Source: a virus
Direction: 5' to 3' (one strand)
Virus record (IMG/VR): IMGVR_UViG_3300047550_003635
Length of the DNA: 64,000 nt
How positions within the stretch are numbered: position 1 is the first letter of the stretch; each line of letters starts with the position of its first letter. The notes under the pieces are model-generated. The model saw only the letters and a program-made list of their open reading frames with translations. It did no database searches and was not told where the DNA came from. The position numbers and the translations under genes were made by a program. Shown in pieces: positions 28,770-38,805 of the stretch.

Positions 28770-30437
28770 ATGGCAATTAAACTTTTCGGCTTCACGCTCG
28801 GAAAACCAGACGTAACTCAGGTTCAAAACCCTGACCAAAGGTCTTTTGTTCCTCCAACAAGCACGATTGATGATGGTGCTGTTACCATTACTCAAAATGC
28901 GTATTATGGAACATATGTTGACCTTGAAGGTGCAGTTAGAAATGAAATAGAACTCATTACACGATATCGTGAAATGGCTAATCACCCAGAATTGGAAATG
29001 GCTATTGATGATATCGTTAATGAAGCTATTTCTCACGATGATACTGGTCGAACAGTAAATCTAGTTCTTGACAAACTAAAACAACCAGAATCAATTAAAA
29101 AGAAAATATTAGAAGAATTTGAAAACATTCTAAAAATGCTGAATTTCAGTAATTTGGCAGATGACCTTTTCAAACGTTGGTATATTGATGGACGAATTTA
29201 TTATCATGTTCTTGTTGATGAATCAAATCCAAAATTAGGAATTCAAGAACTTCGTTTTATTGACCCAAGAAAGATTCGTAAAGTTCGTGAAATAAAGAAA
29301 ATGCGCGACCCTAAAACTGGCGCTAATATTATTGAATCGATGGCAGAATACTATGTTTACAATGATAAGGGTCAACCAACACAAACATATACCAGTAATA
29401 TCAATGCTGGTTTAAGAATTGCACCAGAATCCATCATCAATGTCAATTCAGGATTGATGGACGCTAAAAACACTTTTGTAATTTCATATCTTCATAAAGC
29501 AATTAAGCCACTCAATCAACTTCGTATGATTGAAGATGCTGTTGTTATTTACCGTTTATCACGCGCACCAGAACGTCGTATATTTTATATTGACGTAGGT
29601 AATTTACCAAAAGGTAAAGCTGAACAATACTTGCGTGATATCATGATTAAGTATAAAAATAAAATGGTTTATGATGCAAATACTGGTGAATTACGCGATG
29701 ACCGTAAACATATGTCAATGCTTGAGGATTTTTGGTTGCCTCGTCGTGAAGGTGGTAAAGGAACTGAAATTACTACTTTACCCGCAGGTCAAAATCTTGG
29801 TGAAATGGAAGATGTCAAATATTTCCGTCAAAAACTTTTAAATTCATTGAACGTTCCAATTTCACGTTTGGAACAACAACAAGGTGGTATGATTGGTGTT
29901 GGTAGAACTGCCGAAGTTACCCGTGATGAAGTTAAATTTACCAAATTCATTATGAGATTGCGTAATAAATTCTCACAAATTTTCGACAATGCATTACGAA
30001 TACAACTCGTATTGAAAGGTATTTGCACCTCAGAAGAATGGGATGAATTTAAAGAAAGTATTTACTATGATTATATTCGTGATAATCACTTTACAGAATT
30101 AAGAGATACTGAATTATTACGCGAAAGAATCTCAACACTAAATGTAGTTGACCCATATATTGGAAGATTCTATTCTGCAAATTGGGTTAAAAGAAATGTT
30201 CTAAGATTCTCAACAGAAGAAATAGAACAGATGCAAAAAGAAAACGAAGAAGAAGAAAAACAAGGTATTGGTGGACCAACTCAAATGATGCTTCAACAGC
30301 AACAAGAAAATCAACAAATGCAACAACAATATCCACCAGAAGATAATACTCAAGATGATAGTGATTCACAAGAAACAAAAACGCCACAGTTAGATGCACA
30401 AGTAATTAACTACTCTAACAGACTAAATAGAAAATAA
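28770..30437 (+). CDS. gp20: Portal protein gp20
   Basis: RWYIDGR, RAPERRIFYIDVGNLPK.KAEQY, EDFWLPRREGGKGTEITTLP. Confidence 0.98.
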   Translation: MAIKLFGFTLGKPDVTQVQNPDQRSFVPPTSTIDDGAVTITQNAYYGTYVDLEGAVRNEIELITRYREMANHPELEMAIDDIVNEAISHDDTGRTVNLVLDKLKQPESIKKKILEEFENILKMLNFSNLADDLFKRWYIDGRIYYHVLVDESNPKLGIQELRFIDPRKIRKVREIKKMRDPKTGANIIESMAEYYVYNDKGQPTQTYTSNINAGLRIAPESIINVNSGLMDAKNTFVISYLHKAIKPLNQLRMIEDAVVIYRLSRAPERRIFYIDVGNLPKGKAEQYLRDIMIKYKNKMVYDANTGELRDDRKHMSMLEDFWLPRREGGKGTEITTLPAGQNLGEMEDVKYFRQKLLNSLNVPISRLEQQQGGMIGVGRTAEVTRDEVKFTKFIMRLRNKFSQIFDNALRIQLVLKGICTSEEWDEFKESIYYDYIRDNHFTELRDTELLRERISTLNVVDPYIGRFYSANWVKRNVLRFSTEEIEQMQKENEEEEKQGIGGPTQMMLQQQQENQQMQQQYPPEDNTQDDSDSQETKTPQLDAQVINYSNRLNRK

Positions 30438-30448
30438 TTGGAGATAAT

Positions 30449-30652
30449 ATGGATATTGGTCAATTTTTAAATAATGTTGCAGCAGGAAATGCAAACGATG
30501 CTAAAGAAAATATAAATGATATTCTTTCTGCAAAAGCATTTGAAGCATTAGATGCACAGAAAGAAGAATTAGCAAAAACAATGTTCAATCATAATGAACA
30601 AGAATTGGAAAATACTAACGAAGTTGAAACGGAATCAGATACAGAACAATAA
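30449..30652 (+). CDS. gp67: Prohead core protein, gp67-like
   Basis: Position after portal, helical N-terminus with acidic tail; late promoter GACTAAATAG at 30421. Confidence 0.6.
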   Translation: MDIGQFLNNVAAGNANDAKENINDILSAKAFEALDAQKEELAKTMFNHNEQELENTNEVETESDTEQ

Positions 30653-31293
30653 TGAAACTATTAAAAGAATTTAAAAATTCAAATAAATTAGAAGAAAAAG
30701 TTGTTGATATAACAACATCTGATTTTAAAATTGAACCATCGGGAAGAAAAGCTAGAGCCCATAGATTTAAAGTTGGTGAAAAGCCATCTATTAATGCTAA
30801 TGTAGCAAATACTATGGCAACAACGGCTACTTCTCCTAATATGTCAAATTTCAATCAAAGTTATCCTATCACTGAAGTTTTGGCTAATGCTGAACCTGAC
30901 CCGCCTTATGTTTTATTGTTGAAAAGAACAGCAATTAGACTTTATCCAAATGAGATGAGAGTTGCTTTATATTACAATAAACAATTAGATAAACATTTTT
31001 CTGTTCCTTATGGTTTAAAAGGTTCAGCGGGTGTTATACAAGCAGAAGAAATTGAGCCGATTGAAGAATCTGTGATGGACCAATTACATAAAATTGTCGA
31101 TAACAAGTCAGCACAAAGAGTTAAATTTGCATCAGGAGAAACGAGAAAAGTTGACCATTTTACGGCTTCGGCTATTACTCAAGTTCACAAAGCACTGAAT
31201 GATGAAAATAAAAAGAAATTTTCAGATATGGTGCACAAATCTCCACAACATTTAATGAAAGCTGCCGATTTTGCTTTTAAACATGTCAAATGA
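30652..31293 (+). CDS. Hypothetical head-associated protein
   Basis: MKLLKEF N-terminus and several (L/I)xE putative gp21 cleavage sites; lies in the prohead core cluster. Confidence 0.6.
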   Translation: MKLLKEFKNSNKLEEKVVDITTSDFKIEPSGRKARAHRFKVGEKPSINANVANTMATTATSPNMSNFNQSYPITEVLANAEPDPPYVLLLKRTAIRLYPNEMRVALYYNKQLDKHFSVPYGLKGSAGVIQAEEIEPIEESVMDQLHKIVDNKSAQRVKFASGETRKVDHFTASAITQVHKALNDENKKKFSDMVHKSPQHLMKAADFAFKHVK

Positions 31294-31724
31294 ACTTTTT
31301 AAAATTAATAACAGAAAATAAACTTGATGAAGCAAAGCAAAAATTATTTGAAAAGTTGGAACTTAAAATTGTTGAGAAGTTGATTGAATTAAAAAAAGAT
31401 ATTGTTGACATGACATATAATTTGGACGAAGCAGTTAAACGAAATCCAAATATAGTGAAGATGGGAAGAATCACAAGAATTAGAAGAAGAATTAGAAGAA
31501 ATGCTAAGGGTCAAATTGTTATTCAAAGAAACAGAAAAAGAAGTAATATAAAAGGATATAGAATACAAGGTTCTTCGATAAGACGAATATCAGCAGTTGA
31601 TAGATTGCATAAAGCAAGATTGCTCAAACGTTCTTGGAGAACAACTAGAAAAGGTAAACTTCGCCGTTCATTGATGAGAAGAACCATGTCAATGCGTAGG
31701 CGTCAATCAATGGGAATAAGATAA
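31290..31724 (+). CDS. gp68: Prohead core protein, gp68-like (Arg-rich)
   Basis: Very basic C-terminal half ending RRRQSMGIR, like the T4 gp68 terminus; syntenic. Confidence 0.6.
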   Translation: MNFLKLITENKLDEAKQKLFEKLELKIVEKLIELKKDIVDMTYNLDEAVKRNPNIVKMGRITRIRRRIRRNAKGQIVIQRNRKRSNIKGYRIQGSSIRRISAVDRLHKARLLKRSWRTTRKGKLRRSLMRRTMSMRRRQSMGIR

Positions 31725-31725
31725 A

Positions 31726-32073
31726 ATGTCATTCGAAATTATAAACTCAGTTAGAACACCTTCGATTATTAATATCGTTAATCCTGGAACAACAACGATT
31801 TTCTTGGCTAATCTTTCAGCTAATGCTAATGAAACCGTTAATTATGCCAATATCAGAAAATTAAATTGGTCAACAAACGGTAATATTACTATTACAAGAA
31901 ATTCAGTTCCAATCATTACGCTTCACAATGCTGGTGAATTGCGTTGTGATGATTTTGGATTTAGTTTTGCAAATAATAATACTCAAAGTATTGTCGTAAC
32001 AATCAATACAGGTGGTTCTTTGGTCATGGAAGTAACAAAAGATTGTAACTATGCAACTGCTCTTATAGGATAA
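31726..32073 (+). CDS. Hypothetical beta-rich protein
   Basis: 115-aa ORF tightly packed in the head operon. Confidence 0.6.
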   Translation: MSFEIINSVRTPSIINIVNPGTTTIFLANLSANANETVNYANIRKLNWSTNGNITITRNSVPIITLHNAGELRCDDFGFSFANNNTQSIVVTINTGGSLVMEVTKDCNYATALIG

Positions 32074-32077
32074 TTCC

Positions 32078-32728
32078 ATGAAATTAATACGAGAACATAT
32101 TGAATCAGTAAAACATATTACCGAAGCGACAGAAAACGGTAAAAAACACATGTATATTGAAGGAACTTTTCTTGTTGGAGATAGAGTAAACAAGAATAAT
32201 CGCATGTATCGTATGGATACTTTGCGTAATGAAGTCACTCGGTATACAAAAGAATTGATTGAAACAAATCGTGCTTTAGGTGAATTGGGTCATCCAGACA
32301 CACCTAGTATTAATTTGGACCGCGCATGTATTAGAATTGTTTCTCTCAAAGAAAATGACAATACTTTTACAGGTAAAGCACTGATTCTTGATACTCCAAA
32401 CGGTAATATTGTTAAAAATTTACTTGATGGCGGTGTTAATTTGGGTGTTTCATCAAGAGCATTAGGTTCTGTTTCTATGACCAAAGAAGGATATAATTTG
32501 GTACAAGATGACCTAAGACTTGCAACTGCCGCTGATGTTGTTGCTGACCCGTCTGCACCAGGCGCATTTGTAAACGGAATAATGGAAAACAAAGAGTGGA
32601 TGATGATTGATGGTAAATTTGTCGAAGAAGATTTTGATAATTATAAAAGAATTATTAAGAGTGCGCCTAAATCACAAATCGAACAAACAGCATTAAAACT
32701 CTTTGAAAACTATTTACGAAAACTTTGA
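32078..32728 (+). CDS. gp21: Prohead protease gp21
   Basis: RALGELGHP, GVSSRALGS, D.VADPSAP.AFV.GIME. Confidence 0.96.
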   Translation: MKLIREHIESVKHITEATENGKKHMYIEGTFLVGDRVNKNNRMYRMDTLRNEVTRYTKELIETNRALGELGHPDTPSINLDRACIRIVSLKENDNTFTGKALILDTPNGNIVKNLLDGGVNLGVSSRALGSVSMTKEGYNLVQDDLRLATAADVVADPSAPGAFVNGIMENKEWMMIDGKFVEEDFDNYKRIIKSAPKSQIEQTALKLFENYLRKL

Positions 32729-32732
32729 AATT

Positions 32733-32740
32733 TATAAATA
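32733..32740 (+). promoter_or_regulatory. T4 late promoter TATAAATA
   Basis: Exact consensus upstream of gp22. Confidence 0.8.
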
Positions 32741-32762
32741 AGAAATCATAAGGAGAAATCTA

Positions 32763-33851
32763 ATGGCAACAAATAAACTTATGGAAGCTGCGGCAGATAT
32801 TCTTTCTCAAAGCAAGAAAGCTGCTCCTGCTATGCCCATGCAAAAACCCGAAGATTCTACTTCAGTAGATTTGGGTGGTCCAAAACAAGATGTAGGTTCA
32901 AATAAAGTTGCAACATCGATTGATGATATCTACAATCATTATAAGATGGATGCAGCAAAAGCAGCTAAAAGTGCTACTGCACCAACAACCAAACCATCAA
33001 ATGCTTCACCTGATAAACAAGATACTTTGAAAAAAGTATCAGAAGAAGAAGAAATTGATGATGAAGTAATTGCAGAAGAAGAAGTTTCAGAAGAACAAGA
33101 AAATATTGTTGAAGCATGGAAAAAGAAAATGAAAGAAGATGTTGATGCATTGTTCTCAGATGATTCAACAATTTCTGAAGATTTCAAATCCAAAGCAGCA
33201 ACAATTTTTGAAGCACGTGTTACAGACCGTGTTCAACAAATCGAAGAAGAAATTGATGCCAAATATGCTGAAATGTTAGAAGAAGCTGTTGGTGCAATTC
33301 AAGCAGATTTAACTGAAAAAGTTGACGATTATCTTAACTACGTTGTTGAACAATGGATGGAAGAAAATCAAATTGCAATCGAATCATCACTACGCTCAGA
33401 ATTGACCGAAGAATTTATTGGTGGATTACGTGACTTATTTGTTGAACATTATATCGATGTTCCAGAAGATAAAGTTGATTTGGTTGACGAATTGGCTGGT
33501 CAAGTTGAAGAACTAGAAACCAAGTTGAATGAAGAAATTGAACGTGGTATCGAAATTAGAAAACAACTAATTGAATCAGTCAAAACAGAAATTACTTATG
33601 AAGTTTGCGATGGTTTAACCGATACTCAAGTTGAAAAAATCAAATCACTTGCAGAAAGTGTTGAATTCTCCACAGAGGACGAATACAGAACAAAACTTGA
33701 AACTATCCGTGAAAACTATTTCCCATCAGGTGTTAAAAAAGCTGATGAACAACAACTTCATGAGGAAATTGAAACCGACGAGAAAGTAGTTGCAACCGAC
33801 GCTTTCGTTGCCGCTGTTTCAAAAGCAATAACAAGAACAACAGTAAAATAA
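32763..33851 (+). CDS. gp22: Prohead scaffolding protein gp22
   Basis: FKSKAATIFEA, KVDDYLNYVVEQW, acidic coiled coil. Confidence 0.95.
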   Translation: MATNKLMEAAADILSQSKKAAPAMPMQKPEDSTSVDLGGPKQDVGSNKVATSIDDIYNHYKMDAAKAAKSATAPTTKPSNASPDKQDTLKKVSEEEEIDDEVIAEEEVSEEQENIVEAWKKKMKEDVDALFSDDSTISEDFKSKAATIFEARVTDRVQQIEEEIDAKYAEMLEEAVGAIQADLTEKVDDYLNYVVEQWMEENQIAIESSLRSELTEEFIGGLRDLFVEHYIDVPEDKVDLVDELAGQVEELETKLNEEIERGIEIRKQLIESVKTEITYEVCDGLTDTQVEKIKSLAESVEFSTEDEYRTKLETIRENYFPSGVKKADEQQLHEEIETDEKVVATDAFVAAVSKAITRTTVK

Positions 33852-33871
33852 TAATTTAGGAGAAAATAAAC

Positions 33872-35194
33872 ATGTATTTGTCCGAATCACTACAAAAAAA
33901 ATGGGAATCAGTTCTAGACCATCCAGAACTCCCAAAAATTTCTGACCCATATCGTAAAGCAGTTACAGCAGTTGTATTGGAAAACCAAGCTGCTGAAATG
34001 ATTAAATCAGGTCAGATGTTGCAAGAAGCTACTCCAGCAAACGCTGCCGGCACAGGTGGTTTTGGTGGTGGTGCAGCAGCAGGCGGTCCAGTTGCTGGTT
34101 TTGACCCAATTCTAATCAGCTTGGTTCGTCGTTCATTGCCAAATCTTATCGCTTATGACATCTGCGGCGTTCAGCCAATGACTGGTCCTACCGGTTTGAT
34201 TTTTGCAATGCGTTCAACCTATGGCACAGCAAACGTAACTGCTGGCGCAGCAGAAACATTCTACAACGAAGTTAATACTGGCTTTGGTGGTATTGCTGGT
34301 GCACAACAAGCATTGACTGTTGGTTCTGCCGCAGCTAACACTTTCGTTGCTAACGCAGCAGCTTGCACAGCAATGACAACTGCAACAGCAGAAAACTTGA
34401 CTTTCAACGAAATGGCATTCAGCATTGAGAAAGTTACTGTAACTGCTGGTACACGTGCATTGAAAGCTGAATACTCAATCGAACTTGCACAAGACTTGAA
34501 AGCAGTTCATGGTCTTGACGCAGAAACCGAATTGGCAAACATTCTTTCAGCAGAAATTCTTTCTGAAATTAACCGTGAAGTTGTTCGCACAATTTACGGT
34601 ACCGCAGTAACTGGTTGCCAAACTGGTACAACAACTGCTGGTAAGTTTGACTTGGATACCGATTCAAACGGTCGTTGGATGGTTGAGAAAATCAAAGGTC
34701 TTGCATTCCAACTAGAACGTGAAGCTAATGCAATTGCAAAAACCACTCGTCGTGGTAAAGGTAACATTGTAATTTGCTCAAGCGATGTTGCTTCTGCATT
34801 TGCAATGGCTGGATTGCTTGACTATAATTCAGCATTGAAAGACCAAGTTAACCTAACCGTTGACGATACTGGTAACACTTTTGCTGGTACCATGTTCGGT
34901 CGTATCAAAGTTTATATCGACCCATTTTCAACCACAAATGCATCGCAAGAATTTGCAGTTGTTGGTTACAAAGGAACAAACGCTTATGACGCAGGTCTTT
35001 TCTACTGCCCATACGTTCCTCTACAAATGGTTCGTGCAGTTGATACAACCAACTTCCAACCAAAGATTGGCTTCAAGACTCGTTACGGTCTAGTTGCAAA
35101 TCCATTCGCTCAAGGTACCACAGCAGGTCTTGGTGCATTGAACGTATTGAGCAATTACTACTATCGCGCATTCAAAATTGCGAATATTATGTAA
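33872..35194 (+). CDS. gp23: Major capsid protein gp23
   Basis: ICGVQPMTGPTGLIFAMR, ELAQDLKAVHGLDAETEL, FQPKIGFKTRYG. Confidence 0.99.
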   Translation: MYLSESLQKKWESVLDHPELPKISDPYRKAVTAVVLENQAAEMIKSGQMLQEATPANAAGTGGFGGGAAAGGPVAGFDPILISLVRRSLPNLIAYDICGVQPMTGPTGLIFAMRSTYGTANVTAGAAETFYNEVNTGFGGIAGAQQALTVGSAAANTFVANAAACTAMTTATAENLTFNEMAFSIEKVTVTAGTRALKAEYSIELAQDLKAVHGLDAETELANILSAEILSEINREVVRTIYGTAVTGCQTGTTTAGKFDLDTDSNGRWMVEKIKGLAFQLEREANAIAKTTRRGKGNIVICSSDVASAFAMAGLLDYNSALKDQVNLTVDDTGNTFAGTMFGRIKVYIDPFSTTNASQEFAVVGYKGTNAYDAGLFYCPYVPLQMVRAVDTTNFQPKIGFKTRYGLVANPFAQGTTAGLGALNVLSNYYYRAFKIANIM

Positions 35195-35223
35195 TATAAA
35201 ACCACCATCAAGAGTGGTCTTAG

Positions 35224-35253
35224 AAAGGGGAGTAGAAATACTCCCCTTTTTTT
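35224..35253 (+). terminator. Rho-independent terminator
   Basis: AAAGGGGAGTA-GAAA-TACTCCCCTTT plus T-run after gp23. Confidence 0.9.
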
Positions 35254-35258
35254 ATGCT

Positions 35259-35266
35259 TATAAATA
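35259..35266 (+). promoter_or_regulatory. T4 late promoter TATAAATA
   Basis: Exact consensus upstream of gp3. Confidence 0.8.
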
Positions 35267-35292
35267 GTAGATAAACAACAGATTGTAAATCT

Positions 35293-35832
35293 ATGACAGC
35301 TATCTCAAGAAATCCTTCAAATCCAAATCTATTACAAGTTAATAAGTATGTGTTGACATTTGCCAGATGTCCGAATATGCAATATTTTTGTCAATCGGTA
35401 AATGTTCCTGGTGTATCTAAAGTAGAAATACAACAAACAACACCATTTGTTGATAGATATGTTCCAGGTGAAAAAGCGATTTATGATTTACTAAACGTAA
35501 CATTTATGGTAGATGAAGAATTGACTGCTTGGTTAGAAATTCACGATTGGATTCGCGCAATGACATTCCCAGAAAATTTTCAAGAATATCGTGATTTGTC
35601 AAAATTAACAAAATTCACGGGTGCTTTATCATCAATGGGACCTCAATATACTGATGGCTCTTTATTACTATTATCATCATCAAATAAACCATATTATAAA
35701 TTTAAATTTTATGATATGTTTCCCACAAGTATTTCTTCTTTTATAATGAATTCTTCTGATAGCCCCGAAAATATTATAACCGCCGATGCTTCTTTTAGAT
35801 ATTCTTATTTCGATGTAGAAAAGTTGTTTTGA
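35293..35832 (+). CDS. gp3: Tail tube terminator gp3
   Basis: YFCQSVNVPG, F.VDE.L..W.EIHDW, F.DMFPTS, ASFRY. Confidence 0.9.
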   Translation: MTAISRNPSNPNLLQVNKYVLTFARCPNMQYFCQSVNVPGVSKVEIQQTTPFVDRYVPGEKAIYDLLNVTFMVDEELTAWLEIHDWIRAMTFPENFQEYRDLSKLTKFTGALSSMGPQYTDGSLLLLSSSNKPYYKFKFYDMFPTSISSFIMNSSDSPENIITADASFRYSYFDVEKLF

Positions 35833-35872
35833 TGTTTTTTTTGTGATATAATAATATATTATGGAGATTAAT

Positions 35873-36307
35873 ATGTTAGTTTTAGATGAACTATTAGAAA
35901 TGTGGAATAAAGATTCGGTAATTGATAGAACTGAACCTGGCAATGCATTAATTGATATACCAAAACTGCACAGTAAATATTTAAACATTCTATCAAAACA
36001 TAGACTGTTTTCTAAAGAAGCTGAGTTCAAGTATAATCAATTACGCAGAGTTAAATGGGAATATTATACTGGAAAATTGGATGAGACAACTCTAAAACAA
36101 AGAGGATGGGAACCATTTCCTTATGTTTTAAAATCGGAAGTTAATTCGTATATTGAAAGTGATGAAGATTTAAACAAATTATTGGCAAGAAAAATAATGC
36201 ATGATGAAATTGTTGATGTTTGCACTTCAATTCTCAAAGAACTAAATTCCAGAACTTTTCAGTTGAGAGACTTTATAGCATGGGAAAGGTTTATACAGGG
36301 TGCCTGA
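35873..36307 (+). CDS. uvsY: Recombination mediator UvsY
   Basis: W.KDS.ID, IPKLHSKYL, EYYTGK. Start at the ATG after the GGAG SD; extended -10 TGaTATAAT at 35844-35852. Confidence 0.9.
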   Translation: MLVLDELLEMWNKDSVIDRTEPGNALIDIPKLHSKYLNILSKHRLFSKEAEFKYNQLRRVKWEYYTGKLDETTLKQRGWEPFPYVLKSEVNSYIESDEDLNKLLARKIMHDEIVDVCTSILKELNSRTFQLRDFIAWERFIQGA

Positions 36308-37766
36308 TTTAGTTCTACATAAAAAAAACGAAGCATTTATTTCAATTGAATGTGAAGAATCGATAGCCCGCGAGTTATCAGATTTTTTCACTTTTTTTGT
36401 CCCCGGTTATAGATTCATGCCAGCCTATAAAAATAGATTATGGGATGGCAAAATTCGATTACTCAATTTAAAAAATAATACCATATATCACGGATTATTA
36501 CCTCATATTCAAAAATTCTGTATCGATAGAAACTATACTATTATTGTATCACCAGCAATCAATTCTACACGAAATTTCTCGGTAATAGAAGCAAAAGATT
36601 TCATTTCTACTCTTAGTTTGCCATTTGAACCTCGTGATTACCAAATAAATTCTTTTGTTCGTGCTATTCGTGATAAAAGAATTCTTATTCTATCGCCGAC
36701 AGCATCGGGTAAATCATTAATCATATATCTTATACTGAGATATTTACAAAGTTTAGATTTCAAAAGAGGTCTTTTGATTGTTCCAACAACTTCTCTTGTT
36801 GAGCAAATGTTCACTGATTTCAAATCTTATGGTTATGATTCGGACAAGTATTGCCATCGGCAGTATTCAGGAAAAGAAAAACATACTAATAATCTTTTGA
36901 CTATCACAACATGGCAATCAATTTATAAGAATCCAAATAGTTATTTTGAACAATTTGATTTTGTTATGGGTGATGAAGCACATCAATTCAAAGCAAAATC
37001 ATTAACAACAATATTATCAGGTTGCACGAATGCATCTTATCGTATTGGCACAACAGGAACACTTGATGGAACTTTAACACATAAGCTAGTCCTCGAAGGT
37101 TTATTTGGTCCAGAATATAAAGCAACAACAACAAAAGAATTGATGGACAAAAAACAGTTAGCAGACTTGAAAATCAAATGTTTGATATTAAAATATCCCG
37201 AAGAAGTTTGCAAGTTATCCAGAAAATGGACATATGATTTAGAAAAAGAATACATAGTTAGTAACAGGGCAAGAAACATATTTGTGAGAAATCTTACGTT
37301 ATCATTAGAAGGTAATACATTGGTTCTTTTTCAATTAGTGGAAAAACACGGAAAAGATTTATATTCATTCATAAAAGAAAAAGCTGTTAATAGAAAAGTT
37401 TTTTTCGTGCATGGTGGAACTGATGCTGAATTTCGTGAATCTGTTCGTGAAATTACAGAAAAAGAATCAAATGCCGTCATTGTTGCCAGTTATGGAACTT
37501 TCTCAACAGGAATTAATATTAGAAATCTACATAATGTAATTTTTGCATCGCCATCAAAATCCAAAGTTAGAAATTTACAATCAATTGGTCGTGGATTGCG
37601 ATTGAGCGAAACCAAATCAGATGCTACATTATTTGATATAGCAGATGATTTCAGAACAGGTAAACATGTCAATTTTACATTAAATCATTTTATTGAAAGA
37701 GTAAAAATTTATGATGGAGAAAAATTCAACTACAAGTTCTATAACATCGACCTTAAAGATGAATGA
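36300..37766 (+). CDS. uvsW: SF2 DNA helicase UvsW
   Basis: SPTASGKS, DEAH, GTTGT, STGINI, QSIGRGLR; GTG start. Confidence 0.96.
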   Translation: MPDLVLHKKNEAFISIECEESIARELSDFFTFFVPGYRFMPAYKNRLWDGKIRLLNLKNNTIYHGLLPHIQKFCIDRNYTIIVSPAINSTRNFSVIEAKDFISTLSLPFEPRDYQINSFVRAIRDKRILILSPTASGKSLIIYLILRYLQSLDFKRGLLIVPTTSLVEQMFTDFKSYGYDSDKYCHRQYSGKEKHTNNLLTITTWQSIYKNPNSYFEQFDFVMGDEAHQFKAKSLTTILSGCTNASYRIGTTGTLDGTLTHKLVLEGLFGPEYKATTTKELMDKKQLADLKIKCLILKYPEEVCKLSRKWTYDLEKEYIVSNRARNIFVRNLTLSLEGNTLVLFQLVEKHGKDLYSFIKEKAVNRKVFFVHGGTDAEFRESVREITEKESNAVIVASYGTFSTGINIRNLHNVIFASPSKSKVRNLQSIGRGLRLSETKSDATLFDIADDFRTGKHVNFTLNHFIERVKIYDGEKFNYKFYNIDLKDE

Positions 37767-38148
37767 TATAAAAATTGTTCGGTTAAACAGCGGTGAAGAT
37801 ATCATTGCTGAATATACACTTGATAAAAAAGGTAAAAATGTATTATTGAACAATCCTATGCATATCATTTTCAAAAGAACACCTTCAGGAAGTATTATGA
37901 TGATTCTTCCTTGGTTGCCTGTTGAATTATTAAAAGAAAATGTTGCCCTTATTGAAGCTAAAAATATATTGACTATTGCTGAACCTAAAGATGATTTGAT
38001 TACTTATTATCATAAACTATTGGAACAAGCAAAAGAAACATTACTCAATCAACCAGATATTCTAAGTCAGTTTGAAGAAATAGAAGAAGATGATGATTAT
38101 GAAACAGAACCAGAAATTGTTGATAAGAAAGTTAATACAATTCATTAG
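37759..38148 (+). CDS. Hypothetical protein (Sm-like, conserved between uvsW and gp55)
   Basis: KIVRL.SGEDII motif, acidic tail ending IH. Confidence 0.7.
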   Translation: MNDIKIVRLNSGEDIIAEYTLDKKGKNVLLNNPMHIIFKRTPSGSIMMILPWLPVELLKENVALIEAKNILTIAEPKDDLITYYHKLLEQAKETLLNQPDILSQFEEIEEDDDYETEPEIVDKKVNTIH

Positions 38149-38181
38149 AATAGTATTGTAATCTTCATTCTGGACACAGTC

Positions 38182-38210
38182 ATTGTAGCAGTTGTCAAGT
38201 GGTTTGTAAA
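38182..38210 (-). promoter_or_regulatory. Antisense sigma70-type promoter
   Basis: Minus strand reads TTTACA-17 nt-TACAAT with an extended TGn before the -10. Confidence 0.55.
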
Positions 38211-38235
38211 GAAAATAATGATGGAGAAACGGAAA

Positions 38236-38766
38236 ATGAGTGAAAAAAAAGAGAAGCACTATGTAAACAACGAGGATTTTCTAAAAGCATTAATTCAGTA
38301 TAAGAAAGAATGCAAAAAAGCAGAAAAAGAAAATCTTCCTGAACCAAAGATACCGAATTATATCGGCGAATGTTTTCTGAAAATAGCTGACCATTTATCA
38401 AGAAAACCAAATTTCGTGTCATATTCATTTCGTGATGAGATGATATCAGATGGAATAGAAAACTGTTTAATGTATTTTCGAAATTTTGACCCTAAAAAGT
38501 CAAAAAATCCATTTGCATATTTCACACAAATAATCTACTATGCATTTTTGAGAAGAATTACCCGTGAGAAAAAACAGTTATATGTAAAATATAAAGCAAC
38601 CGAGCAAATTGGTTTATTGGATGAATTTGAGATGTTTGTTGATGAAAACGGTAATGTTCGTCAATTTGAATTGTATGACAACATATCGGAATTTATCCAG
38701 AATTTTGAAAACAGTAAAAAAGAGAAAAAGAAAAAATCAAAAAACTTAGACAAGTTTATCGAATAA
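38236..38766 (+). CDS. gp55: Late sigma factor gp55
   Basis: HYVNN, YIGECFLKIA, EMISDGIENC, NPFAYFTQI. Confidence 0.96.
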   Translation: MSEKKEKHYVNNEDFLKALIQYKKECKKAEKENLPEPKIPNYIGECFLKIADHLSRKPNFVSYSFRDEMISDGIENCLMYFRNFDPKKSKNPFAYFTQIIYYAFLRRITREKKQLYVKYKATEQIGLLDEFEMFVDENGNVRQFELYDNISEFIQNFENSKKEKKKKSKNLDKFIE

Positions 38767-38770
38767 CTTG

Positions 38771-38799
38771 TTGACACCCTTTATTTTGTAGTATATAAT
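38771..38799 (+). promoter_or_regulatory. sigma70 consensus promoter
   Basis: TTGACA-17-TATAAT ending 6 nt before the gp47 ATG. Confidence 0.85.
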
Positions 38800-38805
38800 T
38801 ATCTA

